Shown here piece after piece: positions 31,831 through 32,000 of a DNA stretch of 32,000 nucleotides (positions are counted from its first letter, which is position 1; each line of letters begins with the position of its first letter). The translations under genes were made by a program, and so were the position numbers. The notes under the pieces are model-generated. The model was not told the DNA's origin. It was given only the letters and a program-made list of their open reading frames with translations, and made no database searches. The stretch lies in the NCBI GenBank assembly GCA_021650915.1, contig CP091279.1, positions 3,690,001-3,722,000 on the forward strand. Reading direction: 5' to 3'. This DNA is from Candidatus Brocadia sp. (GTDB lineage Bacteria > Planctomycetota > Brocadiia > Brocadiales > Brocadiaceae).

Positions 31831-32000
31831 ATGAAATCATTATTTTCTGCCCTTTTGTGCTATGTTGTCTTGCTGGCCATTTTGATAATTTTCGTTGCTG
31901 TTACAGGCATTATGGGAGCGCTCTTTCTTCTTACAATCGGTGTAGTATTCCTGGTTTATTTTTATGGCGGGTTTAAAAAAATTACCGTTTTGGGAGGCAA
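31831..32000 (+). CDS. Membrane protein, N-terminal fragment (continues beyond window)
   Basis: ATG at 31831, open to the window end, strongly hydrophobic (LLCYVVLLAILIIFVAVTGIMGALFLLTIGVVFLVYF). Function unknown. Confidence 0.35.
   Translation, partial: MKSLFSALLCYVVLLAILIIFVAVTGIMGALFLLTIGVVFLVYFYGGFKKITVLGG

Noticed and set aside
1-32000. cas genes, a tracrRNA-like anti-repeat or any effector next to the CRISPR array
   Set aside because: I read every ORF in the track and found no Cas1/Cas2/Cas6, RAMP, HD, RuvC or HEPN-like pattern. I also saw no second sequence complementary to the repeat. This is a by-eye negative and needs an HMM scan to confirm.
1-32000. tRNA, rRNA, tmRNA or riboswitch elements in the non-coding gaps
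   Set aside because: The larger gaps (2946-3491, 8870-9456, 10600-11044, 11821-12125, 13251-13496, 14244-14511, 15529-16328, 18038-18571) are largely accounted for by repeats, the CRISPR leader/trailer or the IS relic. I could not recognise cloverleaf or conserved riboswitch cores by eye. A covariance-model scan would be needed to be sure.

Overview
The window reads as bacterial chromosomal DNA. I support about 33 protein-coding genes, one CRISPR array, one IS-transposase relic and three families of short dispersed repeats. I could not recognise any rRNA or tRNA gene.

Layout, left to right:
- 1-3.0 kb: housekeeping genes (U32 peptidase fragment, metallophosphoesterase, class-III aminotransferase).
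- 3.5-8.2 kb: a tightly coupled operon. It encodes a split cytochrome b6 / subunit-IV-like pair, three multiheme c-type cytochromes (5, 11 and 6 heme motifs) and an alpha/beta hydrolase. No Rieske protein is present in the window.
- 8.3-10.6 kb: a DinB-like gene and proB on the minus strand.
- 11045-11820: a 12-repeat CRISPR array with identical 36-nt repeats and no recognisable cas gene anywhere in the 32 kb.
- 12.1-13.25 kb: a frame-disrupted polytopic membrane gene.
- 13.5-18.0 kb: a transglutaminase-like peptidase, a compositionally odd GC-rich di-heme peroxidase gene bracketed by repeats, an AI-2E transporter and comEA.
- 18.1-18.4 kb: a transposase relic.
- 18.6-32.0 kb: an uninterrupted plus-strand gene train. 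It starts with a GcvH-like protein whose lipoyl-lysine position is not conserved. Then come DUF1611 (DgcN-like), a dipeptide epimerase and an M20D amidohydrolase. These are followed by an LpxL-type acyltransferase, a LolA-like protein, a TVP38 protein and a radical-SAM (SPASM-like) enzyme, then three small lipoproteins or secreted proteins. The train ends with a B12-binding radical SAM, an ATP-grasp enzyme, a TPR protein and a DUF3473-type polysaccharide deacetylase.

Intergenic DNA is dominated by mosaic, mutually nested MITE-like hairpin repeats. These repeats create several spurious ORFs in the supplied track.

Most worth following up:
- the Rieske-less cytochrome b / multiheme module with a degenerate Qo-site signature
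- the cas-less CRISPR array, whose spacers look antisense to gene starts
- the atypical GcvH-like gene fused to a D-Glu-type module
- the two radical-SAM-containing envelope clusters

All homology statements rest on motif recognition by eye, not on database searches. Taxonomic origin cannot be fixed from this sequence. The multiheme-rich content and the mostly moderate-to-low GC seen in sampled 60-nt lines (35-45 percent outside the GC-rich peroxidase gene) would fit, for example, an anaerobic planctomycete, deltaproteobacterium or nitrospirote.
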